From contig JBBQSO010000011.1 in the NCBI GenBank assembly GCA_038213805.1, forward strand, positions 1 through 64,000: 64,000 nt of DNA, given 5' to 3'. The stretch's first letter is position 1. Every line of letters starts with the position of its first letter. Positions 20,971-30,525 of the stretch are shown piece by piece. This stretch comes from Planctomycetota bacterium (GTDB lineage: Bacteria; Planctomycetota; UBA11346). The notes below the pieces were generated by a model, which was not told where the DNA came from, did no database searches, and was given only the letters and a program-made list of their open reading frames with translations. Position numbers and translations under genes: made by a program.

Positions 20971-21001
20971 TGCGCGCCAGCGGCGCGCGGTCCCAGGAAG
21001 G
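20971..21001 (-). repeat. REP-like palindrome, right copy (inverted)
   Basis: Exact reverse complement of 20267-20297 (31/31). Confidence 0.9.
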
Positions 21002-21046
21002 GCCCTTACGGTTCCAGTTGATTCACCAGGTCGTGATGCGCGGGGC

Positions 21047-24000
21047 TCAATGCCCCGCCCCGCCCAGCAGCTTCCACACCCGCAGCGCCTCCGTCACCCC
21101 CCACGCCTGGGCGTCGCAGCCGCGCTGGATGTGGGGGGCGTCGCCGTCGATGATCTCGGGGATCTGGCCGATGCAGCCTTCGGCCAGGAGGCGGTCCATT
21201 GAGCCGAGCAGGGCGCGCGCGGTGGCGGTGGCGCCGGGGGCAAAGTCCCAGGCGCGGGCCAGGGCCTCGCAGTGGATCGGGAAGGTCCAGGTCCAGGCGG
21301 TGCCGTTGTGGTAGGCGGGCTTGCGCCGGGTGTCCTCGTCACCCTCGTAGGTTCCCCAGTAGGGTTCCGCGGGATTGTTCAGCAGCCGGCCGTCGGCGGA
21401 GTGCACCGCGAGGTGCGGCGTCACCGGCAACGGTGCGAGGGAGCGCAGCGCGCCCGGCACCACCAGGTAGCGCGCCGACGCGGCGACGCAGCGCCGCGCG
21501 CGTTCGCCGGTGATCAGGCCAAGGGCGATGGGGATCAGCTGGTTCGAGCGCAGTGCGTTGTCGACTACCGCGTCGTCGGCGCCGACGCCCGCCGGCGCGA
21601 TCAGCAGATCCGCGTACCAGCCGCGGTCCTCGAGCCAGTAGCGGTCGAGGCTGTGCGTGGCGCGGTCGGCGAGCGCCCACCACGGTTCCGCCGCCGCCGG
21701 CGCGCGCAGGGTCTCGAGCTGGCGCAGCAGGCGGATCCACAGCGCCTGGATCTCGATGGGGTAGCCGGCGCGCGGTGTGCCGGCCGGATGGTTGGTGTCC
21801 ATCCAGGTGAAATGCGATGGGCTCCACACCAGGCCCGAGGCGGCGTCGACGCGGATGCCGTTTTCGGTGCCCGCCAGGTAGCCCGCGGCGATGCCGCGCA
21901 GCACGTCGGCGATGGTGCGGCCGGAACCGTCGACAGCGGTCGCGTAGAGGCCGTCGCCGACCAGCGCAGCCGCGTCCGCACAGACCACGCCGTACCACAG
22001 CGGCGCGTCGCTGGTGTCGCGGTTCGAAGCGTCGTCGCCGCTGAGGAAGTTAGGCAGCGTGCCACCCTGCTCAAAGCGCCCGAAGGTGATCAGCAGTTGG
22101 CGTACTTCGTCGACGCGCCCCGCGGCGAGCAGGCCGCGCGCGCAGATCAGGGAATCGCGGCCCCAGTCGAGGAACCACGGGTAGCCGGCGATGACGGTTT
22201 TGAGGCGGTCGCGGCGCACCACGTAGGCATCGCTGGCCGCGGCCAAGGCGCGCCCGAAGGTGTCCCCGGCGGGGATGCCCGAGGCGTCCTGGACGGCGGC
22301 GAGCGCCGTGACGCGTGCGTGTTCGAAGCCGGCCAGGGTCGCGGCGTCGGGTTCGTCGCGGTCGGCGCAGGCGGACAGCAACGCGCTCTCGCCCTTGGCC
22401 AGCGGGATTTCGAACCAACCCGGGCTCCAGGCGTCGCCGGTGGGGGTCTGGCCGCGCGTCCCCTCGACCGGATGCGGGATCGCCTGGCACCATTCTGCCT
22501 CGTCGTGGAAAGCACCGCGGTCGCAGGTCACCACCAGCCGTCGGTCGCCTGAGGCGAAGACGAAACCGGAGCGCTCGCTGAGCGCGCGCGTGCTGCCGGC
22601 GAAGTGCAGTTCTGTGCCCTGGCTGCGCTGGGTCTCGGCGTGGAAGCTGCGGTCCTCGAGGTCGACGCGCATGATCAGGCGCACCTCGCAGGCGGCCGGC
22701 AGTTCGACGCCCCACGCCGGCTTGGCGTCGGGGCGCACCAGGCGTAGCACGGTGGTGTTGCGCCCGGCGAGCATGTCGGCGACCACCTGGATGGTGACGG
22801 TGCGGCGGTCGCCGGCGTTGGCGATGAAGGTCCAGCGCGCCGGCGGCCCGGGCGTGAAGGCGGCGAGGTTGTCGCGGTCGAGCGCGGTGATGAAGCCGTC
22901 GGCATTCACCCACAGGCGCGCGCGCTTGGCCAGTACGTGGCGGTCGCTCGGTGCGCTGGGATGCAGGTTGGCGCCGAGCAGGCAGTCGTATTTCGAGTGC
23001 ACCGTGCCGAAGTCGACGCCGAGGCGCGCCATGCCGCCGATGCCGTTGGTCAGCAGCGCCAGGCCCTCTTCGACGTGGCGCGGGGCGGGGTCGGGCACGC
23101 GGTCGAGAAAGCGCACCGCACCATGCGCCTGGCGGCCGTCGGTGGCGAAGCGCTCGAGCAGCAGGCGCGCGTCGCCGGCGCCGGCGGGTGGGAAGCAGGC
23201 GACCCAGGCGTCGCCGACCAGGGTCGCGCGCTGGTGGCGCGGGCGCGCACCGCTGCCGTGCGCCAGGGTCGCGCTGAACGGCGCGGCGTCGCGCACCAGC
23301 AGCCAGTGCCCGGGCGCGATCAGGGTGACGCGGTTAAGGTCCTTGAGGCTCCACGGCACCACCGGTGGCAGGTCTTCGACCGCGCCGGCGGCGGCGAGCG
23401 CGGCGAGCAGGTCGCGGCGCGCGGCGCCGCGCTCGAGGTACGCAACGGCGGCGATGAAGCCGAGCGGGCCTGCGGCGGCGAGCGCCGCCAGCGCGCGCCA
23501 GTCGTGGGCGCCGATGTCCTCGACCGACAGCACCTCGCTGATCACGGTCAGCGCCCAGGCGGCCTGCGCGCGCACCCGGCGGTAGTCCTCGCCGGCCAGG
23601 CCGCGCGGCTCGCGCGTTGGGCTCAGGCACAGGCACTCGCCGGGTGCCAGGCGCAGCAGCACCGCGCCCGGGATGGTCTCCGGGGTGCGCTCGCTGCGCG
23701 TCAGCAGGTCGAGGGTGGGGGAGCCGCAGGCCGCGAAGGTCTCGGCCGGGATGGTCACCGCATGCGGCTTGGCGATGTCGGTGTTGGCGGCGATGAGCAG
23801 TTCGTCGAGGCCCTCGTGCGAGCGGCGGTGCAGCAGGTAGACCGGCGAGTCGGCGGCGCTGATGCGGGTCAGCTTGGCGCCATCGAAGAAGCAGGGATGG
23901 TGCGCGAGCAGGCGCGTCAGGTCGCCGAGCTCGCCGACGATGTTCTCGGCCGCGCCCCAGCTCAGGCCGCGGCTCTGATGGACCTCGACCTTTTCGGCCG

Positions 24001-25366
24001 CCAGCCATTCGACGCCGCAGGTGAAACCAAATCCGCCGCTGGTCGAGGTCAGCGCGTTGAGGCGGTTGCGCAGCAGCGACCAGGCGCGGCCGCCCTTGGC
24101 GAGGCGCTCGTTGTCGTGGGTCTCGCTGTAGTTGACCAGCACGCCGACGCGCTGCGCCTGGCGGTGCGCGTGGTCGAGGTAGGTCGCGACCTCGGGGCCG
24201 GCGTAGTTCTGGAACAGCTCGGAGTAGGCCCACTGCATGCCGCCGGCGGTGAGCAGCGCCTCGGTCGCCTCCCACGCTCCGCCCAGGCCCTCAAGCAGGA
24301 AGATGGTGGCGGGGAATTCCTGGCGCACAGTGGCGGTGATGAACTGCCAGGCCGGCATCGGTACCATGTAACCAGCATCGCAGCGGAAGCCGTCGACGCC
24401 GCGCCGGCACCACACCAGGAAGACTTCGGCCAGTTCACGCCACAGCGCGGGCGCGCGGTGGTCGAGCTCGACGAGGTCCTCCCAGGTGGTGCCCCAGGCG
24501 CCGGGTGAATGGAAGCTGCCATCGGCGCTGCGCTGGAACCACTCCGGGTGCTCGTTCATCAGTGTCGAGCCCCACCCGGTGTGGTTGATCGCCAGGTCGA
24601 TGAACAGCTGCGCGCCGCGCACGTGGACCGCGTAGGACAGCTCGCGGAACTGGTCGACCGCGGTGGTGCGCTTGTCGAACACCACCAGCGCCGGGTCGAT
24701 CGCGGTGAAATCCGTGGCCGCGTAGGGGCTGCCGAAGCGCCCGTAGCGCGCATAGGTGGTTGGCGTGGGGTTGACCGGCAGCAGATGGATGATGCGGCAG
24801 CCGAGGGTGTCGATGATGTGCGGCAGCTGTTGGGTGAGGTCGCGCAGCGTGCCCGAGGGCGGGATCGCCGACCAGCCGTGGCGGTCGAAGGCGGCGAGCT
24901 GGTCGTCGAGCAGGCCGTGGCGCGTGGCGCTCTGCCGGCGCGACTCGCCGAAGGCGCGCACGAAGGCGCAGTAGATGGTGTTGGCGGTGCGATGACTGTC
25001 GGGATGCACCGACATGCCGACGTCGCCACCATCCGGCCAGTGCTGCTGCCCGCGCTCGTCGACCGCGTAGGCCTTTGCGCGGAAGAAGCCGACGTCGGCC
25101 AGGGGCAGCTCGATCGCCCAGCCGCCCGCGGCATCGCGCTGCAGGGGGATGTCATGCCACGAGGCCCCGGCGAAGGCCTGCCCGCTGCCGAGCGCCGCGA
25201 CCACTTCATCGCGCGCCGCCGCTGCCCGTCCCAAATCCGTGCGCAGCAGGGCCCGCCAGCCCGTTGGGATTGCACCCTCGGGCAGGGCCAGGGCGAAGCG
25301 CACCCGGTCGCCGATGAACCCAAGCAGGCGGTCGCCAGGAGCGGGGGTCATGATCGGCTGCGGCAT
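21047..25366 (-). CDS. Bifunctional glycogen debranching enzyme (GH13 amylase-like + amylo-alpha-1,6-glucosidase)
   Basis: GSPYA, DGFRCDAGY, LLEG, ETHD (GH13); IAGYPWFLDWGRD, TWMD, YHNGTAW, GCDAQAW (GDE C-terminal domain). Confidence 0.9.
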   Translation of the reverse strand: MPQPIMTPAPGDRLLGFIGDRVRFALALPEGAIPTGWRALLRTDLGRAAAARDEVVAALGSGQAFAGASWHDIPLQRDAAGGWAIELPLADVGFFRAKAYAVDERGQQHWPDGGDVGMSVHPDSHRTANTIYCAFVRAFGESRRQSATRHGLLDDQLAAFDRHGWSAIPPSGTLRDLTQQLPHIIDTLGCRIIHLLPVNPTPTTYARYGRFGSPYAATDFTAIDPALVVFDKRTTAVDQFRELSYAVHVRGAQLFIDLAINHTGWGSTLMNEHPEWFQRSADGSFHSPGAWGTTWEDLVELDHRAPALWRELAEVFLVWCRRGVDGFRCDAGYMVPMPAWQFITATVRQEFPATIFLLEGLGGAWEATEALLTAGGMQWAYSELFQNYAGPEVATYLDHAHRQAQRVGVLVNYSETHDNERLAKGGRAWSLLRNRLNALTSTSGGFGFTCGVEWLAAEKVEVHQSRGLSWGAAENIVGELGDLTRLLAHHPCFFDGAKLTRISAADSPVYLLHRRSHEGLDELLIAANTDIAKPHAVTIPAETFAACGSPTLDLLTRSERTPETIPGAVLLRLAPGECLCLSPTREPRGLAGEDYRRVRAQAAWALTVISEVLSVEDIGAHDWRALAALAAAGPLGFIAAVAYLERGAARRDLLAALAAAGAVEDLPPVVPWSLKDLNRVTLIAPGHWLLVRDAAPFSATLAHGSGARPRHQRATLVGDAWVACFPPAGAGDARLLLERFATDGRQAHGAVRFLDRVPDPAPRHVEEGLALLTNGIGGMARLGVDFGTVHSKYDCLLGANLHPSAPSDRHVLAKRARLWVNADGFITALDRDNLAAFTPGPPARWTFIANAGDRRTVTIQVVADMLAGRNTTVLRLVRPDAKPAWGVELPAACEVRLIMRVDLEDRSFHAETQRSQGTELHFAGSTRALSERSGFVFASGDRRLVVTCDRGAFHDEAEWCQAIPHPVEGTRGQTPTGDAWSPGWFEIPLAKGESALLSACADRDEPDAATLAGFEHARVTALAAVQDASGIPAGDTFGRALAAASDAYVVRRDRLKTVIAGYPWFLDWGRDSLICARGLLAAGRVDEVRQLLITFGRFEQGGTLPNFLSGDDASNRDTSDAPLWYGVVCADAAALVGDGLYATAVDGSGRTIADVLRGIAAGYLAGTENGIRVDAASGLVWSPSHFTWMDTNHPAGTPRAGYPIEIQALWIRLLRQLETLRAPAAAEPWWALADRATHSLDRYWLEDRGWYADLLIAPAGVGADDAVVDNALRSNQLIPIALGLITGERARRCVAASARYLVVPGALRSLAPLPVTPHLAVHSADGRLLNNPAEPYWGTYEGDEDTRRKPAYHNGTAWTWTFPIHCEALARAWDFAPGATATARALLGSMDRLLAEGCIGQIPEIIDGDAPHIQRGCDAQAWGVTEALRVWKLLGGAGH

Positions 25367-25444
25367 GCGCGTGGCTCCTGGGGTGGGGGCTGGGCCCGCA
25401 CCTCAGTTTGCACCCTTCGGGGGGGCTCGGCAAGGCTGCGGGGA

Positions 25445-27103
25445 TCAACCCCCTGATGGGGCTGGCGCCGGGGAGGGGACCGGGGCGACCGCGACCACGC
25501 CCTGACGCCGGCCACCGGCGGCGGCGGCCGCGTCGAAGGCGTCCTTGAGGGCGAGGCGCAGGGCGGTGGCCACGGCCTCGTGGCGCCCGGGCTTGACGCG
25601 CACGGCCATGCGCGCGGTGAGCGCGGCGCCGCCCAGGGCGGCGATGCCCGTGACCTCCGGCTCGCCGGTGACGTCGGGGTTGGCGGCGCGCAGCGCGGTG
25701 CCGACCTGCTGCATGGTGGCGAACACCGCGCGCACGTCCTGGTCATAGGCCACTTCGACCGCCACCACCGCCTTCACATAATCCTTGGAATAGTTGACCA
25801 CCTGCTTGACGTCGCCGTTGCGCACGATGCAGAGACGGCCGTCCTCACTGCGGATGCGCGTGGTGCGGAACTCGATCGCCTCGACCGTGCCCGAGGCCCC
25901 GGCGGCGTCGACCACGTCGCCGACCATGTAGATGTTCTCGAAGAGGATGAAGAAGCCTGAGACCACGTCGGTGATCAGCGACTGGGTGCCGAAGCCGACC
26001 ACCACCCCCAGCACACCGGCACCCGCCAGGAAGGGCCCCGGGTTGAAGCCTAGCGCCGACAGGATCATCACGAACATGCCGAAGTAGCAGATGTACCCGA
26101 ACACGCTGCGCACCAGCGGCACGATGGTTGCTCGGCGGCGGCGCTCGTGTTCGCCCAGACCGGCCGCATGGAGCATGTTGCGGTCGATGAACAGGAAGCC
26201 GACCTCGATCAGCACGCGGCCCAGGAAGAGGATGCCGATCGCCTGGATGATGCGCGGTCCGTAGATCGCGAGGTCGGCGAACGGCGGCAGCTGCTTCAGC
26301 ACCAGCGCGGCGATCGCGGTCCACAGCGCGTACTCCAGGCAGCGGCGCAGCAATGGGATGAGCGGGCGCAGGCGCTCGTAGTAGACCAGCCACTCGCGTC
26401 CCTGCGCGTAGTGCAGGCTGAGGCCGTCGAGGGTGGCGACGATCACCGCCGAGGCGCGGATGATCAGGACGCCGACCGCGATGATCAGGTAGATCCGCAC
26501 CGCGACCGCGAGCACGTCCCCGACCGCGGACGGCAGCGGCAGCAGGCGCGCGGCGAACACCACCACCAGCAGCCATGCCGTCGTAGCGATGACGCGATCG
26601 AGACCGGTGAAGAACGCGGCCAGGCTGCGGTCGTTGTCGGCGAGCCGGTCCCAGCGGTTGCAGGCGGTCTGCAGGTGCGCGAGCAGACTGCGCAGCACGC
26701 GCGTCGCGATCGCAACGCCGACGGCGACGGCGACGATCTCGGCGACGGCGATGGCGAGCGCGCGCCAGGTCTCGGCGCTGACGTCGAGCAGCGCATCACG
26801 CGTCCACACCCAGGGGTGCTCCTCCTCCTGGAGCAGCCAGCCGTTCCACGCGCAGATCGCCAGGCACACCAGCAGGCCCCCCAGCCACGCCACCGCGCGC
26901 ACCAGCCCGCGCAGGTGCAGGGCGGTAGCCGCGATGGTCGCGTTGCGGTGCCTGGCGATGCGGTTCAGCACCACGGCGACCAGCGCATAGCACGTGACGA
27001 TCACCACGATCGCCGCCAGGCACTCGCCACCGGCGACAGTGAAGAAGGCGGTGAGCGGTGCGGCGATCAGGTCGGGCGGGCCGCCATGCGGGGACGTGGG
27101 CAT
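25445..27103 (-). CDS. MscS-family mechanosensitive channel with extended N-terminal TM region
   Basis: LAGAGVLGVVVGFGTQSLITDVVSGFFILFE..VGD..GTVEAIEFRTTRIR. Confidence 0.9.
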   Translation of the reverse strand: MPTSPHGGPPDLIAAPLTAFFTVAGGECLAAIVVIVTCYALVAVVLNRIARHRNATIAATALHLRGLVRAVAWLGGLLVCLAICAWNGWLLQEEEHPWVWTRDALLDVSAETWRALAIAVAEIVAVAVGVAIATRVLRSLLAHLQTACNRWDRLADNDRSLAAFFTGLDRVIATTAWLLVVVFAARLLPLPSAVGDVLAVAVRIYLIIAVGVLIIRASAVIVATLDGLSLHYAQGREWLVYYERLRPLIPLLRRCLEYALWTAIAALVLKQLPPFADLAIYGPRIIQAIGILFLGRVLIEVGFLFIDRNMLHAAGLGEHERRRRATIVPLVRSVFGYICYFGMFVMILSALGFNPGPFLAGAGVLGVVVGFGTQSLITDVVSGFFILFENIYMVGDVVDAAGASGTVEAIEFRTTRIRSEDGRLCIVRNGDVKQVVNYSKDYVKAVVAVEVAYDQDVRAVFATMQQVGTALRAANPDVTGEPEVTGIAALGGAALTARMAVRVKPGRHEAVATALRLALKDAFDAAAAAGGRRQGVVAVAPVPSPAPAPSGG

Positions 27104-27241
27104 GGGTGGCGGTTTAGCCAAGGCCGGAAGAGAGGCCAGCGGAATGGCGCAAAAGAGCCGGATAAATCTGCAACATATATTGGCTTGGTGTACGCGGATC
27201 CAGGCGTGAGAGCCGCCTGTTCTGGCCCATGGTCAACCGAC

Positions 27242-29650
27242 TCAGGCTTCCGGCAACCACAGCCTGAAGCACGCTCCGTCCGGACACGGCACGACCTCCA
27301 GGCGGCCGCCGAGCTGGCGCGCCAGGCGGCGGCTGAGCGCCAGTCCGAGGCCCACGCCGGGGGCGGTGCGCGCGGCCTCGTGCGCAGATTTGGCGAAGGG
27401 CGTGAACAGGCGGCGGGCGACGTCGGCGGGAATGCCCGGGCCATGGTCGCGCACGCAAAAGGCGATGCCGCCGCCTTCGGCGCTCACCGCCAGATGCAGG
27501 CGGCGGTCGGTGGCGGCAGGCGCGGCGTACTTGGCGGCGTTGTCGACAAGGTTGAAGAGGATGCGCTCGACCGCCGCCGGGTCGGCGCGCACGGCGCACT
27601 CCAGGGCATCGCCAGTGCGCTCCGTGACCAAGTCGAGCCCGACCTGGCGGGCGCGGTCGGCGAGGCGCGCGCAGGCGGTGCTCAGCAGATCTGCGACCAC
27701 GACCGGATCTGCGGGGATGACCTGCGCGCGCTCCAGGCGCGCATAGGCGAGGACGTTCTCGACCAAGTGGGCGAGGCGATCGGCCTCGCTGCGCAGGGTG
27801 TCGAGGCAGCGCTGGCGCTCGGCTGGGTCCGGCACCATGCCGCCGCCCAGGAGGTCGGCGTAAAGGCGGCAGGTGGTGAGCGGGGTGCGCAGCTCGTGGG
27901 TGACCGCCGAGACGAAGGCTCCGCGCCGCTCGGAAAGATCGAGAGCACCGAGCAGCAGCGTCGCCCCGGCCACAGTGGCAAGGCCGACGCAGACCCACGC
28001 CACCACCAGCGTCAGAGTCAGCGCCGCGCGCGGGCTGTCGTGGTAATCGGGCAGACCATCGCCGGGCTCAAGCCGCACCGGCAGGGTGGCGAGGCGCTGC
28101 CGCCAGTCGTCGCCCTCGTTGGCGTCTGGCAGCAGTTGCGCGTCCGGCAGCAGGTCTTTGACGCTCTCGAGCAGCTGGGCGCGGATGCGCGGCCAGTCCA
28201 GCCAGCAGCCCTGGATATGCTCGGTGCCGTCGACGGTGACGCGGCGCGCGAGCAACAGCGTGTCGCCGAGCCACAGCGGGCGCATGATCTCGGCGCGCAG
28301 CGAGGTCGCTGGACCAGGCGACGGCTCGACTTCAGTCGGGACCGGTGGCGCGGCCGTGGCCGGCGCCGCGGCGACCGCGCGTGCGGCGTCTGCTGCCGGC
28401 ACAGAGGCGGAAGAAGCGGATGGCGTGGTGCTGAGCACCAGCGTCGACTCGACATGCTGCTGCAGGGTCTGGCCGCCGGCCGGCGCGGCGGCGTTGGCCG
28501 CCTTATTCTCGGGGGCCTCACGGTTGTCAGCGGCGTTGTAGTAGCTCTTGAGGCGCGCCTGCTGCTCCTTCGCGCTGCGCCCGCCTAACGAGCTCGTGCT
28601 TTCCGCCTGGACCTCGGGAGCCTGCTCATCCTTGAGGGACTGCTGCTCCTGCTGCTGCGTGAGGTCCTGCTGCTTCTGGTCCCGAAACCGGTTTGAGCGG
28701 TCGCCCTTCGACCCCTTGGTCGCGACCGGTGGCGCGGCGGTATCCGCCCGGTCCGCTGCGGTCACTGTCTTTCCGCCGACCCGATCGTCGACGCGCCTGG
28801 GCGGCGCCGGTGCCGCTGAAGCCTGTGCGCCTCCTGGCACCGTATCCTCGGCGGTCCCGGCCTTGCGCAGGCGTGCCTCGTCCGCGTCCGCGGCGGCTGG
28901 TGGCGTTGATGCCAGCGGCGCGGCTTGCGCTGGGGCCGGGGCCGGTTGCGTGGTCGATACGGGCGCCGGTGCGGCCGGGCTTGGCGCCGCGGCGCCGGGC
29001 AGGGCCACCGTGACCTTGGCCGGGGCGGTCCCAGGGGCGGCGGCGAAGCCAAATGCGCCATCATCCTTGCTCATGTCGACGCTGGCGCACATCGTCAGGC
29101 TGCGCTCCCGGGTGGCTTCGGCCAGGCCACTGGCGAGGTGGTCGAGCGCGCTCATCAGGCGCGGCCGGTCGACCAGCGCGCCGAGCTGGGCGAGGCGCGT
29201 TTCGGCCCGCAGGATGCCGGCGTGGTCGACGAAGCCCTGTTCGGCGAGCGCGCGCTGGTTGCCGACCGGCACCTGCGGTGAGCTCAGCGTGCCGCGCGGC
29301 GAGACCTGAAAGTGCAGCAGCACCTCTGGCTGCTCAAGGCCAAGCAGCGGCGAGGGCAGCACCACGTCGCCGCGCCTGACCGGTGCGAACAGGCGGCTGT
29401 AGGCGCGTTCCGCGGGGGCGAAGGCGGAGTAGGCGCCGTACGGGCGCGCCGCCTCGCGCGCGATCAGCGGGGTGAGCAGCGAGTCCATGCGCCACAGCGC
29501 CAGGCGCGCACTCTCTTCGCGGAAGGCCTGGCGGCGGTCGGCGGCGGCGCTGCGTTCCAGCGCGCGCGCGGTGATGGTGACCCAGCTGACCGCGGCGATG
29601 ATCATCGCCACGCCCGCGGCGAAGCCGGCGAACCACCACGCCTTCCTCAT
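27242..29650 (-). CDS. Sensor histidine kinase with long low-complexity extracytoplasmic region
   Basis: VTHELRTPL (H box), NLVDNAAKY, DHGPGI, GVGLGL; two TM segments. Confidence 0.92.
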   Translation of the reverse strand: MRKAWWFAGFAAGVAMIIAAVSWVTITARALERSAAADRRQAFREESARLALWRMDSLLTPLIAREAARPYGAYSAFAPAERAYSRLFAPVRRGDVVLPSPLLGLEQPEVLLHFQVSPRGTLSSPQVPVGNQRALAEQGFVDHAGILRAETRLAQLGALVDRPRLMSALDHLASGLAEATRERSLTMCASVDMSKDDGAFGFAAAPGTAPAKVTVALPGAAAPSPAAPAPVSTTQPAPAPAQAAPLASTPPAAADADEARLRKAGTAEDTVPGGAQASAAPAPPRRVDDRVGGKTVTAADRADTAAPPVATKGSKGDRSNRFRDQKQQDLTQQQEQQSLKDEQAPEVQAESTSSLGGRSAKEQQARLKSYYNAADNREAPENKAANAAAPAGGQTLQQHVESTLVLSTTPSASSASVPAADAARAVAAAPATAAPPVPTEVEPSPGPATSLRAEIMRPLWLGDTLLLARRVTVDGTEHIQGCWLDWPRIRAQLLESVKDLLPDAQLLPDANEGDDWRQRLATLPVRLEPGDGLPDYHDSPRAALTLTLVVAWVCVGLATVAGATLLLGALDLSERRGAFVSAVTHELRTPLTTCRLYADLLGGGMVPDPAERQRCLDTLRSEADRLAHLVENVLAYARLERAQVIPADPVVVADLLSTACARLADRARQVGLDLVTERTGDALECAVRADPAAVERILFNLVDNAAKYAAPAATDRRLHLAVSAEGGGIAFCVRDHGPGIPADVARRLFTPFAKSAHEAARTAPGVGLGLALSRRLARQLGGRLEVVPCPDGACFRLWLPEA

Positions 29651-29660
29651 GGCGATCCGC

Positions 29661-30368
29661 TCACGGCGCCGCCGAGGGCTGGGCGAGCATGTAGCCGGTG
29701 CCGCGCACGGTCAGCAGCACCTTGGGCTCCGCGGAATCGTCACGCAGCTTCTCGCGCAGGCGCGCCACCTGCATGTCGATGGCGCGCGTGCTCAGGCCCT
29801 GCGGATCGAGGCGCCAGACGCGGGTGAGGATCTCGGCGCGCGAGATCGCCCGCCCGGGGTTGCGCGCCAGGTAGGCGAGGAGTTCGGCCTCGCGCTGCGA
29901 CAGTTCGGCGCGGCCGCCATCGGCGTAGCGCACCTCGCGGCGCGCGAAATCGGCGGTCCCGGCCGGCAGGGCGAGGTCCGCGGCGCCGCTGGCGCGTTCG
30001 GGCGAGCGGCGCAGCACCGCGGTGACGCGCGCCAGCAGCTCGCCGACGCTGAACGGCTTGACCACGTAGTCGTCGGCGCCCAGGGTCAGGCCCTTGACGC
30101 GGTCGCGCTCGTCGCCGCGCGCGGTCAGCACGATCACCGGCAGGGTCGGGCGGTGGACGCGGATCGCGGCCAGGATGTCCAGCCCGTCGGCGCCCGGCAG
30201 CACCAGATCGAGCAACACCAGATCGCATTCCGCGCGCTCGGCCAGGCGGCTGGCGGTCGGGCCGTCGCCCGCCTCGAGCGTGGTGTGCCCGGCGAAGCGC
30301 AGCGCGGTGACCACGCCATGGCGGATGGCGGCGTCGTCCTCGATGACCAGGATGGTGCGGGCGGTCAT
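29661..30368 (-). CDS. OmpR/PhoB-family response regulator
   Basis: ILVIEDD, LLDLVLP, GADDYVVKPF, winged-helix tail TVRGTGY. Confidence 0.95.
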   Translation of the reverse strand: MTARTILVIEDDAAIRHGVVTALRFAGHTTLEAGDGPTASRLAERAECDLVLLDLVLPGADGLDILAAIRVHRPTLPVIVLTARGDERDRVKGLTLGADDYVVKPFSVGELLARVTAVLRRSPERASGAADLALPAGTADFARREVRYADGGRAELSQREAELLAYLARNPGRAISRAEILTRVWRLDPQGLSTRAIDMQVARLREKLRDDSAEPKVLLTVRGTGYMLAQPSAAP

Positions 30369-30525
30369 GGGGAAACGTCCGGGGTCCGAGGTCCAATGTC
30401 CGGGATCCGACGGCGGATGGTAACCCGCTCGCAGGCGTCGACCAGCGTCCTCCGTCCAAGGCGATCCGCCACCTCGTGCGTGGCTTCGGTCACAGGATTT
30501 CTGACTGCGCACAACGGACATGCCG

